Source: Diadema antillarum (lineage: Eukaryota). Taken from it: a stretch of 64,000 nucleotides of DNA. Of the stretch, positions 14,531 through 28,566 are shown piece by piece. Made by a program: the position numbers and the translations under genes. The notes beneath the pieces were generated by a model. The model had not been told where the DNA came from, made no database searches, and saw nothing but the letters and a program-made list of their open reading frames with translations. The stretch lies in NCBI RefSeq assembly GCF_040938485.1, contig NW_027270906.1, forward strand, positions 124,001-188,000, given 5' to 3'. How positions within the stretch are numbered: the stretch's first letter is position 1; every line of letters begins with the position of its first letter.

Positions 14531-17500
14531 TTATGTGACAGGGTGTACCAAGTAGCGCTTGAATCCCTTTGCCAGCAAATATATCTCTGAGGAATCCTTA
14601 CGGCTTGCCTCGGGCCTGAGAATCTTCATAGTCCGGAAGCCCTGGGCTAAGTCCCTTTTGAGGAGCCCTGTATGGTGACCGTCCCACAATTTGGCCAGGA
14701 AGTTCCCATTTTCTCCCAGAACTTTGTAAGCAAACTCTGCAGCTGTCCTGACCAGTTCCACGATTTGCTCATGGTCCATGGAGTGGATTCCAGTGGCATT
14801 CGGTGCCATGTCGCTCAGGACCGTGTTTGCCAGCTTCCCGTCTAGACGAGCCAGGATCTCTTGTTGCGTTCCAGGGTCTGTGAAATCTTGCTGGGGTAGA
14901 ATGATGGCGCCCTCTATAGGCTGCATGTGCAACAGATCCACTGCTACCACAGTTCCCCCGTCTGTTCGTGAACAAAATTAAAGATACAATTATAGATTTA
15001 CAATTATGTTTACCATACGCGAGCATGTATGGTAGATTAGGAAGAAATCCCCCACTTCTCGAAAAACAAGCAAACAAAGAAAAACAGCAAGCAAACATTT
15101 CAAATGTTTCCTCCCCCAGTTCAGCATAGTAAGCTATGGGAGCTTCAGAAGCATTCTCAAGGCATAATTCTGGTACAGTCTAGACCCATGCTTTGAGATA
15201 ACCACTGAAAATAGCTACCAGTACATGTGTAATACTACTGCTGCATTCCTTTAAAAAAAAAGCTTATTTTAAAAATGTTTTTAAACTGGGGTAATAGGCA
15301 ACACTTCTGATGCATCACTAGTATTGTGAGATACACAGGGATAGCATACAAGAATACAATGTACATACATTGTATATAATATGTCAGGATTCTTGCAATA
15401 CTACTCAGCAGCTGCAGTTTGCTCAAATTTTCACTGTTCTGTTAAATGATCATTTCACTAACTACAGTTGAACCTCTCGTATCCGGACAAGTCGGGACCG
15501 GGGCTCATCCGGATAAGGGATTTGGCCGGATACGGGAGACTCAATGCTTTATACATGTACATGTACATATACATACACATGTACTGATGTAGCCCATTGT
15601 AGTACCACATGTAGTAATGTGTATACTGCAACCTTTTCATTGTTACATTTGGGGATGTTTCGGGATGTTGAAATGTCTGAAGGTAAGCAATTTGGAAGGA
15701 AATTTGATGCAACCAATGTATGTTAATCATATTGGAAGTAATATGTAATTCATGTGTGTTTGGGTAGGAGTTCTCAAGGAGTTGGGAATCCCCCTTTCTT
15801 CCCGTAATTATTTAAAAAAAATCACGGCGAGATTGCGTCCGGATAATAGAGAGATCCGGATAAAGGGAGGCCGGATAATAGAGGTTCAACTGTACTATGA
15901 TTGGGTGACAAGGGGTAGTGGTTACAATATACAACTTTAGATTTGTAATGTAGACAATATTTTATTATTTACAGTATTTGATGTGTCCTAATACAAGGGA
16001 TTAAGATGCTCTGAAAGTGTAATTGTGTAAGTGTGTAATTCCACACCATATTTTTAAAAGTAGGCTTATATACCTTCAGTAAAGAGTAAAATACATTGTA
16101 TCCTTCATATCAAATCATGGCAGTCTGGTAATTTAACCTTTACTGCAATATTGACATTCCGGGGCAAAGTGGTTTGAGGTTGCTAACACATTGACCAAAA
16201 CCACAACTTCCAAAATATGTTGTGTACAGACCAATGGAAGAGATGTGAGGTGTCATGACACTGCCTCTTCTCATTGCCACCAACACCATTCTTGAACATA
16301 GGTGAAAACATGTAAACATATTAAAATTCCATTCACTTTATTGTTTAATCAAAGTGATTCTTCAAACATTTTGTAATTGTACAGGGAATAATTTTCCAAC
16401 TCATATTTGATTAGCAATTTCAGCTGATGAACAATATTTTAAGTGGTATCCTGTACACTTCTATGGAAGAAAACTGCTACACAAAAGTTAGTTTGTATAG
16501 CAATGGTGTAAAAATGCATAGCAAATTGCGATGCGATACCAGGAAAATTATTCCCTGTTGTATACGTCATCTCATTTACTTCTGCGGTACTACAATTGAT
16601 TTTATTCAAATCACCATGACCATGAAATGGAAGTGAGCCTTAATAAGTCACCTGGATCATTTGCTCTTGTCTTCTCCACAGCGACTTGGGTCCAAGATCC
16701 AGGAGCTGCCCCACAGTCTATCACAGTGTGGCCAGGGTGAAGAAGTCTATATTTGGCATCAATCTCAAGCAACTTGTAGGCACTTCTGGCCCGGTAGTTA
16801 TCAACCTAGAGATAATGGGATACTAGTTAGTAGAAAGATGTGGAAGGAGGGGCTAAGGGATGGTACCAGGTAATACAATGAGTAATGATATAAAACAGAA
16901 GAATGCTGATGTTATTCATTCCTTCATGGAAACATGACAGAGAATTTACTTTACCAATGAAAGATTCTAAAATGTTGCTTTTTCAAAACACAGCTACAGA
17001 TTGACCAGAGCATTTGGTGCGTTGCAATGAATCCAATATAAACACAATATGCTTCAATATATTTTTAAGCAAGACATGGTCACATGACACAGTCAATAAA
17101 TGAGTATAAAATCACTGATACAAGACATTTGTCATTATACTGGGGTGTGTGTGCTGCTTCGTAATCTATGTCCGGGTCAGGTATTTGCTCAAATCAAAAT
17201 GTTGCTTTACCTTTAACGTTAGATATGATCCTGCTCACATGCATTCTAGATCTAATTACCTCTACATTTTCTTTATTGCGACCAAAATTGTTAAGTTTAA
17301 GCAATTTCCACAAAAAAAAAGTGCTCCACGATGGTGGTCTTAAAGAACCAATGTTTAAATCATAGATCTACATGTGAAGCAAACAGAATCTCATTGGCTG
17401 AAATCTACAGATGTGCCCGGAAAGCAGATGACAGGTTCAAGTCCCAATGGTTCCTTTTTTCCGACGTGTTTGTTAATTTATACAGATCGCATCTGAAGGT

Positions 17501-17804
17501 ATTGATTCCTTATGTAATAGCTAAATTGCATAAATGAGGATCCCTACACTAAGACGCTCTAGACATTTTGATCAAGTGGGTATAGTTTATATTCCGACGT
17601 ATAGTGGCTACATACCCGTGCCTGTTTAACAAATGGATCGTTGACATGTCTGTTCAACCACTGCTGTGAGCTGTGAGATTTTCCTTTCGTAGACGTACGC
17701 TGCTGCTTCTTGAGCAAGTGTCGACTCGTATGAAGAAGACGGTTTGTTGTGGCTAAAGAGCCGACAGTGTGGACAAAACTAGCACTATGTACCGAAGGAT
17801 ACAT
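14531..17804 (-). CDS. MRM2: Mitochondrial rRNA 2'-O-methyltransferase 2 (FtsJ/RrmJ family), complete, 257 aa
   Basis: Exons (minus strand) 17804-17616, 16805-16652 and 14961-14531 total 774 nt in phase. Motifs: [77 protein letters not shown]. The basic, Ser/Thr-rich N-terminus resembles a mitochondrial presequence. Confidence 0.95.
15465..15892. mobile_element. pogo/Tigger-like MITE in MRM2 intron 2
   Basis: TA|CAGTTGAACCTCT ... AGAGGTTCAACTG|TA with repeated CCGGATAA subterminal motifs. Confidence 0.78.
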
Positions 17805-19246
17805 CACAACGACATGCGTGCTGAGGATGATAATATTATGGAGTAATTTTCAAAGAGCATTTGACTAGAGTACGCCGTTGCCTGTACTATACTTCAACCA
17901 GCACAGAACTGAACGGATGGGACTATGGAAGCATAGATGCAAATGTACTTGCGGCGATAACCACCGATACATTCCGATTGCTGAGGTGAGCTCACGAGCA
18001 TGTTTATCGCATGGAACATGCGGTGCCAGGCCGCACAATCACTCAACATCGTCTTGTCACGCGTGATGGGCACAACGTGGCCAGGGTGGGCGTTCGACGG
18101 ATCGGAGGAGAGAATCGATGATGGAGGTGGCTGGATACCACTCAAGGTCGATGGGGTTGTAAGGATTTTGGGCGTGGTTGAAGGGGGAATCCCCTATTTG
18201 CACCTTGCGGCATGACTAGATAATATACGTCTTACCAGGGAGGTGGATCTCTTCCACCTCCCTGGTCTTACCAAAGAGCTACTAGTAATCCACGTAAGTA
18301 GTAGCTCTTTGGTCTTACACTTCCACGACAGGTTGCTTGTTATTTTCCACAACAGCGTTTATACTGTAATACAGGTTGAAAATTATTGCTAACAACATCT
18401 CAGGGAAATGAAAAAAAAAAAGTTTAAAGGGAAAAAGATGAACACACTTTGAAGCTTTTTCCTTCCGTATTCTTATATTGTTTGCTGTATTTTTCAAATG
18501 TGCGTGGGAAATTATGTAGAGTTTGGGACGGTGAAGGTAAATAAACCATAATGAGATGACCAAAACAAGAACAAACCAAACCAAAATGAATGTTTCCAAG
18601 ATAAATATAAAAGAGGGGGAAAATCGTATACCGTTTGGTCACAGTGTGATCTTGCCAACAGGGTGAGGAATTGTTCCACGTGGGCGCATATGAGTAAGTG
18701 TTACAGGGCTTCTTTCTCTTTCCCTAATATACAGTCCAGTCGCTGTACTTTTTTTTTTACAGCGACTGGGCTGTGTATAGTTACTCTTTCTCATGCATTT
18801 CACATTGCTATACAGTGTATAGTGTACAAAATCTGTGCATTACATGTTTTACCTTTTTTTAAACTTGCTTATTGGACCTAATAAACTTTCTCTCCCTTCC
18901 AAAGTTTTACATTAAACAAGCATTATTATCAATTTTCCATTTCGCTGTGTGTGGGCGTGATTATGTTGATAATTCGAGTTCGTGTTATTTGTTTTCTTGT
19001 TTTATTTTGTAATGTGTGATTGCAATGTAAATCTTCACGTATACTAATGTGACGCTAATCGATTTATCTTCAGAAGTGTAGCTGGTCTTTTGTTTTTTAG
19101 TGTGTGTATAGAAATGAAAAAGTTAAAAAAAAATCAGAAAGAGAACGGGAGAAATGGACTCTCGTGGACCTTTCTTTGCATTCACCTCGATGGATCATTT
19201 ACCTTCGACAGGGATGCCAAAGTAGGCCTACATTGTACTGTAGTAG

Positions 19247-19277
<31 letters not shown>

Positions 19278-20218
19278 ACAGTTCTTATACATGTATTCTT
19301 ATTCTAAGTAGGCATAAGCGCGCTGGTGACGGTAAAACCAAGTACATGTACACTTTGTACTAGGCTCGCCTAGTATCCTGGATAAAACAGAATTTCTGCA
19401 CTGCAGCAATGCAGTTTTGGAGATGGTGTTTTCTACGAGACCTGCAGTACTTTTGTCAAAAAAGTATAGAACACATTTACATGTACAATGTACATGTATA
19501 CTATACTGCTAAAGAGTAACAGGTAAAAAAACCTTCTGTGGCGTCATGGTGGTACGTTGACCGAAAGATCGGTCTGTATCTGTCCGTCGGGGAATGTTCC
19601 GCGGAGACTGCGTCTGGCTTCACGGATCCCCTCCGTATACGGAGGACAGCGTTAATGGCAAAATATAAAAAGAGTCCTCCGGACAGACGGATCTTTCTGT
19701 CTAGGTTGGTACGTAGCTCCATGATCGCGTCGAGGGGTTGGCATTTCTACGTCGTATTTTTTTTAATTTTTTTTTTTGGTCTATTAGATATTAAGATACT
19801 GAGAAACCATGCACTTACGAAATATCATCACAGAGCATACTAAGAGGAATTCAATGTTGTTTTTTTTTTCTTTAATGGAAATTGGTTTTGAAACGGCCGA
19901 GATACATGTATCCAAAAACGAAAGTAAAACAAAGAGAATCTAAATAAGTTGGGTCCCATCTTTTTGCTTGTTTTGAATATCTCAGCCATTTCAAAACCAA
20001 TTTCCATCATATAAACGTTGAGTTCCTATCAAAATTACATGCTCTTTCATATTTCACAAGGTTTCTCATTATCTCACCAAAGGAAATAGAGGGCTGACCT
20101 GAACCAGGTCCTAACTATACCATCCCTTCCATGTACTTCACTGTTCTATGCTACACGTCAAAGTTTAAAATCTCCAAGTTCTATGTACTTGCGCAGAAAA
20201 TTGAGAATATCTGAAATC

Positions 20219-20254
20219 TCTTTCTTGAATGTTTGGGTGGCTCTAAAAAGAGCC
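20219..20254 (-). terminator. H2B histone 3' processing signal: stem-loop plus U7-binding downstream element
   Basis: Minus strand GGCTCTTTTTAGAGCC (20254-20239), then ACCCAAACATT, then CAAGAAAGA (20227-20219). Confidence 0.96.
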
Positions 20255-20285
20255 GTTGGTGACCAAGAAATCGACAAAAGTCAAT

Positions 20286-20657
20286 TTACTTGGAGGTGGT
20301 GTACTTGGTGACGGCCTTGGTGCCCTCAGACACGGCGTGCTTGGCCAGCTCACCGGGGAGGAGAAGACGGACAGCGGTCTGGACCTCACGGCTAGTGATG
20401 GTCGACTTCTTGTTGTAGTGGGCAAGGCGGGAAGCCTCGGCAGCGATGCGCTCGAAGACATCGTTGACGAAGCTGTTCATGATGGACATGGCACGGCTGG
20501 AGATACCAGTGTCGGGGTGGACCTGCTTCAGCACCTTGTAGATGTAGATGCCGTAGCTTTCCTTTCGCCTCCTGCGCCTCTTCTTGTCCCCACTAGGCCT
20601 GGGGGCCTTTGCCTTCTTCGATCCCTTCTTTCCAGCAGCTTGAGCTTTGGCAGGCAT
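20286..20657 (-). CDS. H2B: Histone H2B, replication-dependent, sea-urchin late type (123 aa)
   Basis: Intronless [57 protein letters not shown]...TKYTTSK. The real ATG is at 20657; the ORF track start at 20822 is an upstream extension. Followed by a stem-loop and downstream element. Confidence 0.98.
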   Translation of the reverse strand: MPAKAQAAGKKGSKKAKAPRPSGDKKRRRRRKESYGIYIYKVLKQVHPDTGISSRAMSIMNSFVNDVFERIAAEASRLAHYNKKSTITSREVQTAVRLLLPGELAKHAVSEGTKAVTKYTTSK

Positions 20658-20709
20658 TATGAATGAGTTGTTCTGCAAAGTGAACTGATTTGCAACTAGA
20701 GACACGCAG

Positions 20710-20847
20710 TATTTATATGCGAGGGAGGATTCACCTACGCTGGTAGTATGTAAATTTGGATCCACTGCACAACGGCAAGCGCCAATCGATAAAGCTGTAT
20801 TCAGCGCTTTGGTAATGCACATGCGCAGAACAATTACGTATGCAAAT
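20710..20847 (-). promoter_or_regulatory. H2B promoter: TATA box, CCAAT box and octamer
   Basis: TATAAATA (minus, 20717-20710), CCAAT 20782-20786, perfect octamer ATGCAAAT 20840-20847 and a variant ATGTAAAT 20748-20755. The octamer is a known H2B promoter element. Confidence 0.7.
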
Positions 20848-22899
20848 ATATCCCGCCAAAATCATTGCACCGTTGGCTCGTTTGTCGCTTGCGATTGCTT
20901 CATGTGCGTACATGATGCATGGTACATGGTCGTATTATATACATGGTTTGTGTTTAGACTGATTTGTGTGATACAAGTGCACCAGTTTGTTGAAGGAGTT
21001 TCAGTTCTTATGCTAGTTACAGTAAATAACATCACTTCGTACGAAGTATGCAGTGGTATGGTAATAATGTCCATTATTATGGCAAAATTGTGGCAAAATA
21101 TGTGTGTCATTTTTGCAACTATGATGTCGATTCAAGCGCAAGTGAGACCAAAAACTCCAAAATGTTGGTCACGTTTATCCCCTTATCAGACCTCAAGGCA
21201 ATTTGAATTATGAAATTATGCAGTCTAATCAGAAAGAGGCTGAAATGAATTAAAGTCTAATCCCTGAGTATAACTATGTTTTATGAGTTGTCTGCACGGG
21301 GTAAATCATAACTGAACTGGTAAAAGTTGTGTGAATATGTTTTTGTGCTCCTATACACAGATTCATTGTGTTCACATAAACAAAATCTTATATGCCGATA
21401 AACAGAGGAACAGAGGCATATATAAATTTATAAAATGATTGATTTCAACACAGATATAGATAAGTGGATTGATAAGCAAGCAAACTATCGCGTATATATG
21501 ATGATAATGTATGCCTATGAGAAGAAGATAAAGATATAAAGAAGGACAGGTAATCATACTGAGAAAAGCGAAGGAAGCAGCTGGGTACCATGAGACAAAG
21601 GGCAGCCGTTGGGAGACTGCATTTTTTAGAGAACCAGTCTTCGAGCATATAGGGCGGCTGGTTCGAGGCAGAATTATGGTAGAACTGGAACTGTCCTCCT
21701 TATAAAAGGTCTACTATATTTCTCTCCTGTTGTAGATAGGAACGCGAGTATACAAGCGTTACGTACAATGAATTGGTAGCCACATGTGTATAGTACATGG
21801 TATGTGCAATGTGCACATTCAACGAAGGTTGTTCGTTCCGCATTTCGTTGCAGTATACAGCATATGGTTTCCGCACGTGGAAGTTCGCGGTCTCTTCTTT
21901 TGTACAGTAGCTCCATGGCAAAAGTTTCTGTGTGTGCTACAATACGGATGTTCATCACACTCCACCCCACAGGCCACATGGCGACAGCAATGCCGATGTT
22001 CTCACCACACATGCAGCCGTTGGTTATTGCATTATATCCGTGATTATGAAAAATACAGTACACACGTTTGTATACTTCAACATTGAGCATACTGTGCATC
22101 AGGACAGCTATCATGTATAGTATAGTGATTAAACTCGGTGTTGATTCAGATAATAAATGTGGGTTGAACTTGTAATCAGTAAAGATGTTTTAAATATGTA
22201 CAATGTAGAGCATTCGCAGTCGTATTAAGCAAGCATAATCATAAACATGTACACAAGTTTCTAATTGACTAATCATAATGATGATAATTATATCTTTAAA
22301 AATTGTTTGTGTTGAATACAAAGATACACGTTGAAAGATACACGTATAATGACGAAAATCATTGGAGTTTTGATAATTTCGATTTTGATAATTGTCAAAA
22401 TAAACCTAATTATGAGTATTATATGAGTTTCAACAACAACTGATATCAATTGTCAGTAAGCATAATATAGACGTGCTTTCATTTTTATTATTGTTACTAT
22501 ACCATTACACATTTAGCAAATATTCACGATCACCAGCATTTACCAGTTTGCCTGAGTGTCTGTAACCGTATTTTATTAATCATATACTAGTACTTTTAAT
22601 TAACTTGTATTGTTGCCTTATTTTCAACTGATGCAATGTACCCATCTTTTCCCACATGTATCACATTGTTGTTGTTCCTTTTTATTCGTGTATGTTTATA
22701 AATGTATATTTTCTCCCTCATCTGCTTATTCTTTGCGACGTATTGGACATAATTATTGTTTCTAAAATGCTGTTCTTCATGCATAGGCCTATATAGCTGT
22801 ATCACCGCATCGGTATAGATATCAATCAAAACATACAATGTACGTCATGCTTTTTTAAAAGAACCTCTAGACCGCTACCTTTTAAATTTAAATTGACAA

Positions 22900-23215
22900 T
22901 TGTTAACTGTATATAAGTATATTGTTTGTTTTTGTTATTATATCTTCTGTGATACTCTGCTGTAACTTATACATTATGTATACTCTGTTCTACTTGCAGC
23001 GCCTATGATATCTTTTTAGGTATGACCGCTTTATAAGAGTCTCTCTATACCCATTATTATTATTATTATTATTATTATCATTATTATCATATTATTATTA
23101 GCATTATTGTTATCATTATCATTAGTAGTAGTGGTATTATTATTATTATTATTATTATCATAATTATTATCATTATCATTATTATTAGTAGTAGTAGTAG
23201 TATTATCATTATTGT
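22900..23215 (+). repeat. Second retroposon-like 3' tail with (ATT)n microsatellite
   Basis: GCAGCGCCTATGA...CCGCTTTATAAG followed by about 150 bp of degenerate (ATT/ATC/AGT)n. Confidence 0.5.
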
Positions 23216-23220
23216 TATCA

Positions 23221-23697
23221 TATCGGTTTAAGATACTTCTTTTGGTTTATCACGTTATTGAGGGAACAGCTCCTGATTACAATGTTTGTTTGTTTCGTCA
23301 ATACCAACCTTCACGAACTCTTCGATCCTCAACTTCAGGTCTCTTACATATTCCGTTTTCTAGGAAATCTTGGGAGGAGGAACGAGCTTTCGCTCACGCT
23401 GGACCAACACTGTGGAATTCACTTCCTCGTGAGCTGAAAGACTCAAGCTCTATAACATCTTTCAGGAGTAATTTAAAATCCTATTTGTTTAGCAGTGCAT
23501 TTTGAAGACCAGTGTCTTTTGGAGACAGACTTTCATGTCTTTTTTATTTTCTGCTTCTTCATCTTCTTCTATTACGGTGACTGTACTTGTATCTTCAGTC
23601 TGTTTGCTTTGATGTACAATTGTAAAGCGCCTTGAGCATTTAATCAAAGTGGAGAACGGCGCTATAGAAATTGTATGTATGTATGTATGTATGTATT
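23221..23697 (+). mobile_element. 5'-truncated L2/CR1-group LINE 3' end
   Basis: ORF2 C-terminus FKILLLVYH...APDY...YQPSRTLRSS...RAFAHAGPTLWNSLPRELK...SFRSNLKSYLF*; 3' UTR with AAAGCGCCTTGAG...GGCGCTATA and a (TGTA)n tail. Confidence 0.85.
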
Positions 23698-24476
23698 CAT
23701 TATAGAGTGGAGGCGCCAGAGCTTTGATTGTCCACTGATATCTGACAATACTGGCTGTAACGACGATGGCGATGATTTTACAATGCTAGTAATTAATAGA
23801 TGCGTAAATTGCATTGAAGGACAAGTTCACCTTCATAGACAATACGCCATGTGGATTGAGTGAATGCGGCAATATCAGTAATATAGAACACAGTCATCAA
23901 TGAGAGAGTTTGAGGAAAATTGGACAATCCGTTCAAAAGTTATGATTTTTTAAAGCTTCTGCTCAGTCACTACTACACAGCTTGTGATGTCACATTAATG
24001 ATATACAGAAAATATGAAGAAAATTCTACATATTTTTACCTTTCTCGCATAATAATAGAGCACTTGACTCGCCTTTTTCAGAAGGTATACGGGGAATTAT
24101 ATATGTATTACCTTTAATATACGTCAATGACAAGTTGAGGAAATGTGCACTTTTTTCAAAACATAAAATTTTGTGAAATTCTCTTATATTTTTCCTTATG
24201 ACACCATACACTGTAATAGTCTTCTCACCCAGTAGTGACTGTGCATATACTTTAAAAATCATAACTTTTGAAAAAGATTTTTCCCCAAGACGTTTACTGG
24301 TGTGTTCTATATACTAACAGAGCTGCATTCACTCAATCCACATTTAGAAGGTGGACTTGCCTCTTTAGGGAAAAGATGCCGTGTATAAAAATTTGCTATA
24401 CACGTGTATCAAATTCATGAGTGCAATGCATCGTTATACATCATATTCCTCATCAAACTTACTTGTGTGAAGGCAA

Positions 24477-24518
<42 letters not shown>

Positions 24519-26258
24519 TTTTTTGTTGTCTGCCTGTAAAATCTGAGCTGTGACGATCAGTGTTTGGCGAGTTGCCAGCAGACTGGTTGTTCATATCAGG
24601 CTATTACACAAATGTACCAGCAAATTGACGTCATTACTTCCGCAAGAAGTTTCAGAATGCGGTGTATAGTATACATGATTACGAGAAACATGATTACGTG
24701 TAGGCCTACAGCTACAATGTATGCTTGGTATATACTTGTGTATACTTATATGCGAGTTTTTTTTTCACTCAGTTCATATATTCTTTTATTTTTGTTCCTC
24801 CTTCTTTCTCCCTCGTTTCTTTTGCTTCTTTTGCCTTGGTACCTTACTACAAAATTGTATTTTAGCTTTCATATGATACACATGTACTGTCTATCAGTAT
24901 TGTGTCCTATCTCACTGCAAAATGTATTCACAATGGTTGGAACCCGCGGTTACAAGCTTTGCTTTTGCGGTTCCTTCATATTTCACATGTTATTGAGAAA
25001 TGTCTTTTATGTAGATGATATGCTGATATATACACTTTCCAGTCATGATCTACTTTATATCATATTTTGTATCTTGCTTGATTGTACACTGTATTTTTTC
25101 TCTAGTATAATATTGTATATGTTTGACATAATCTGTCAAGGGAAATATAGGTGTCTCGAGTGTAAGACCGGTGCAGTCTCAGTAATTCAATTAAAAAAAG
25201 AATATGTACACACTCCAAAAAATGAAATGATAACCCATCATTTTAAATGTTGTCTCTCCTCCAACCTTCTGTAAAATGTCAAATGATCAAATTTAACGCT
25301 CAAAAATGATAAATTCAGCACTCAAAATGTTGAACTATTTCAGAAATGATATACTGGATCCAACATATTGTAACATTTACAAGAAGGTTGGAGAAGTAAC
25401 AACAGTTAAGATGTTGATTTACCATTTCATTTTTTAGAGTGTGTAAGTACACGCACTGTAGTTTACTCGTACAGTGTATACGATTTTCAGGGGGAGGGGG
25501 CCCTACGGGAAGAGGGGGGGGGGGGTGGGATAAAGTTAATGGTATATTATACCCTGATCAAGATGGGAGTTATACTTCAATTTTCTTTCCAAGTCCAAAA
25601 AGGAAAATGAAAACTGTCGATTCCCTGCGAATATTCATTTTTTACTCTCCCGATGTATCACGTAAAATGTCTGATGTTTCTATATTAATTCTAGTATAAT
25701 CTTTAAACAAATACAATGTACTCTATACAAAAAGCCAAGTTTTCGTTGGTTCCTTTTTCTCCCTGTCTGCCTATGTAACTGTAAAGGTATTGCGACACTC
25801 TATCTACAAATCCAAATATTCGTCTACTGAGTTACGTCGCGACGGCGTGTCATCGGATACCACTAATCACTATATCTTTCAACAAATCCAGTCTGGTTTT
25901 CCCCATGGGCAGGGAGGCGTCAACAGATCTTTGGGTTTTTCCCAAAGGAAAAATGCAGAATTCTTGCGTCGAGCTGTGTTTATTGCTAACCGATTGACAA
26001 ATTGCCCTTCATCGATGCAGCCGCAGGGAGGTGACTGATGTAATTTACGAGTTAGGACAAATTGCCCTCTATCGATGATAATTTATGCGCCAAAGTACAC
26101 CAACCCAGCACCTATGATTTACGCCGATGAAGGGCAGGTTGTCAATCAGTTGTTACTTGTGAACCCATCATGGACCACAACGTAGGTCCATGATCCTAAA
26201 ATGCCACTATGTTTGCGTTGCGTTGTTATACATAAAAGATGCGAGTTTTAATTTGAAC

Positions 26259-26957
26259 AATGCTAGTTCAGCATTTCCTGAATTCTGATGTTGTTCAACA
26301 GTTTGGGGTTCGCACATCTCTTAATTATCTCTTTATGTATGATTTTTGCTTTAGAATATCAAATCCTGGAATTATTGAACATGGATTTAACATATTATCT
26401 GCCTTGCACTGGCATTATTTGGATTCGTGCAACTGCCCAATTTGACAAGTAAAAACACCCAAATGTAGTTAGAAACGAAATAAGTTAATCTACAAGTAAT
26501 TATGACCTTGACGAACAGGGAGATTTGAAGGGAGTAAAGAGGAGGGATCAAAGGAGTATAAGGAATTAAGGACTAGTGAATATGGAGTCATCACTAAAAT
26601 TTATTTCTTGAATATTTGCGAATGCTATACAGTTGAGCATTTTCTGAATTCTGATAATCACAAGTTTGGGGATCGCACAAATTTAGAACAATAAATTCTG
26701 GCATTTTGGGAATCACTTATAAAAGGGATTAACTCGTATCTGCTTTGCACTGCACTGGCATTATTTTGTATTCGTGCAATTGCCCAATTTGACAATAGTA
26801 AAAACACCCATATGCAATTAGAAACGAAATAAGTTAATCTACACCAAATGACCATGATGACGAACAGGGGTAGAAAGAGTATATAGAGGGAGAGATCAAA
26901 GGAGTAGGTACTAGCAAATATGGAGTAATCACTCAAATTTCTTTCTTGAATATTTGG
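26259..26957. repeat. Diverged tandem duplication of the H4 3' flank (26259-26618 and 26621-26957)
   Basis: Co-linear shared blocks: GCATTT(C/T)CTGAATTCTGAT, TGCACTGGCATTATTT, TGCCCAATTTGACAA, AGAAACGAAATAAGTTAATCTACA, GACGAACAGGG, TTTCTTGAATATTTG. Confidence 0.85.
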
Positions 26958-26974
26958 TGGCTCTAAAAAGAGCC
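26940..26974 (-). terminator. H4 histone 3' stem-loop plus downstream element
   Basis: GGCTCTTTTTAGAGCC (26974-26959), ACCAAATATT, CAAGAAAGA (26948-26940). Confidence 0.96.
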
Positions 26975-27018
26975 TTTGAAATCCAGTGTCGAGTGAGAAC
27001 TGGAGCGTTGTCAGCTTC

Positions 27019-28500
<1,482 letters not shown>

Positions 28501-28531
28501 GTCGCTAGATCTCTGATCTGACGCAACAACC

Positions 28532-28566
28532 GGCTCTTTTTAGAGCCACCAAATATACAAGAAAGA
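28532..28566 (+). terminator. H3 histone 3' stem-loop plus downstream element
   Basis: GGCTCTTTTTAGAGCC 28532-28547, ACCAAATATA, CAAGAAAGA 28558-28566. Confidence 0.96.

Noticed and set aside
17870-18220. CpG-rich stretch upstream of MRM2 as a possible snRNA/snoRNA or divergent gene
   Set aside because: No match to the U1, U2, U3 or U7 sequences I can recall and no recognisable protein; more simply an unmethylated promoter region.
18229-18320. CRISPR-like repeat-spacer reading of the GTCTTAC cassette
   Set aside because: Eukaryotic context, repeats of only 7-9 bp, self-complementary spacers and no cas genes; reported as a hairpin cassette instead.
20658-20822. 55-codon N-terminal extension of H2B in the ORF track
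   Set aside because: It runs through the TATA box and promoter; the canonical ATG is at 20657.
24564-25274. 236-aa hydrophobic ORF
   Set aside because: It starts at TTG in AT-rich low-complexity sequence, has an F/L/Y/I bias expected from T-rich DNA, and shows no recognisable domain.
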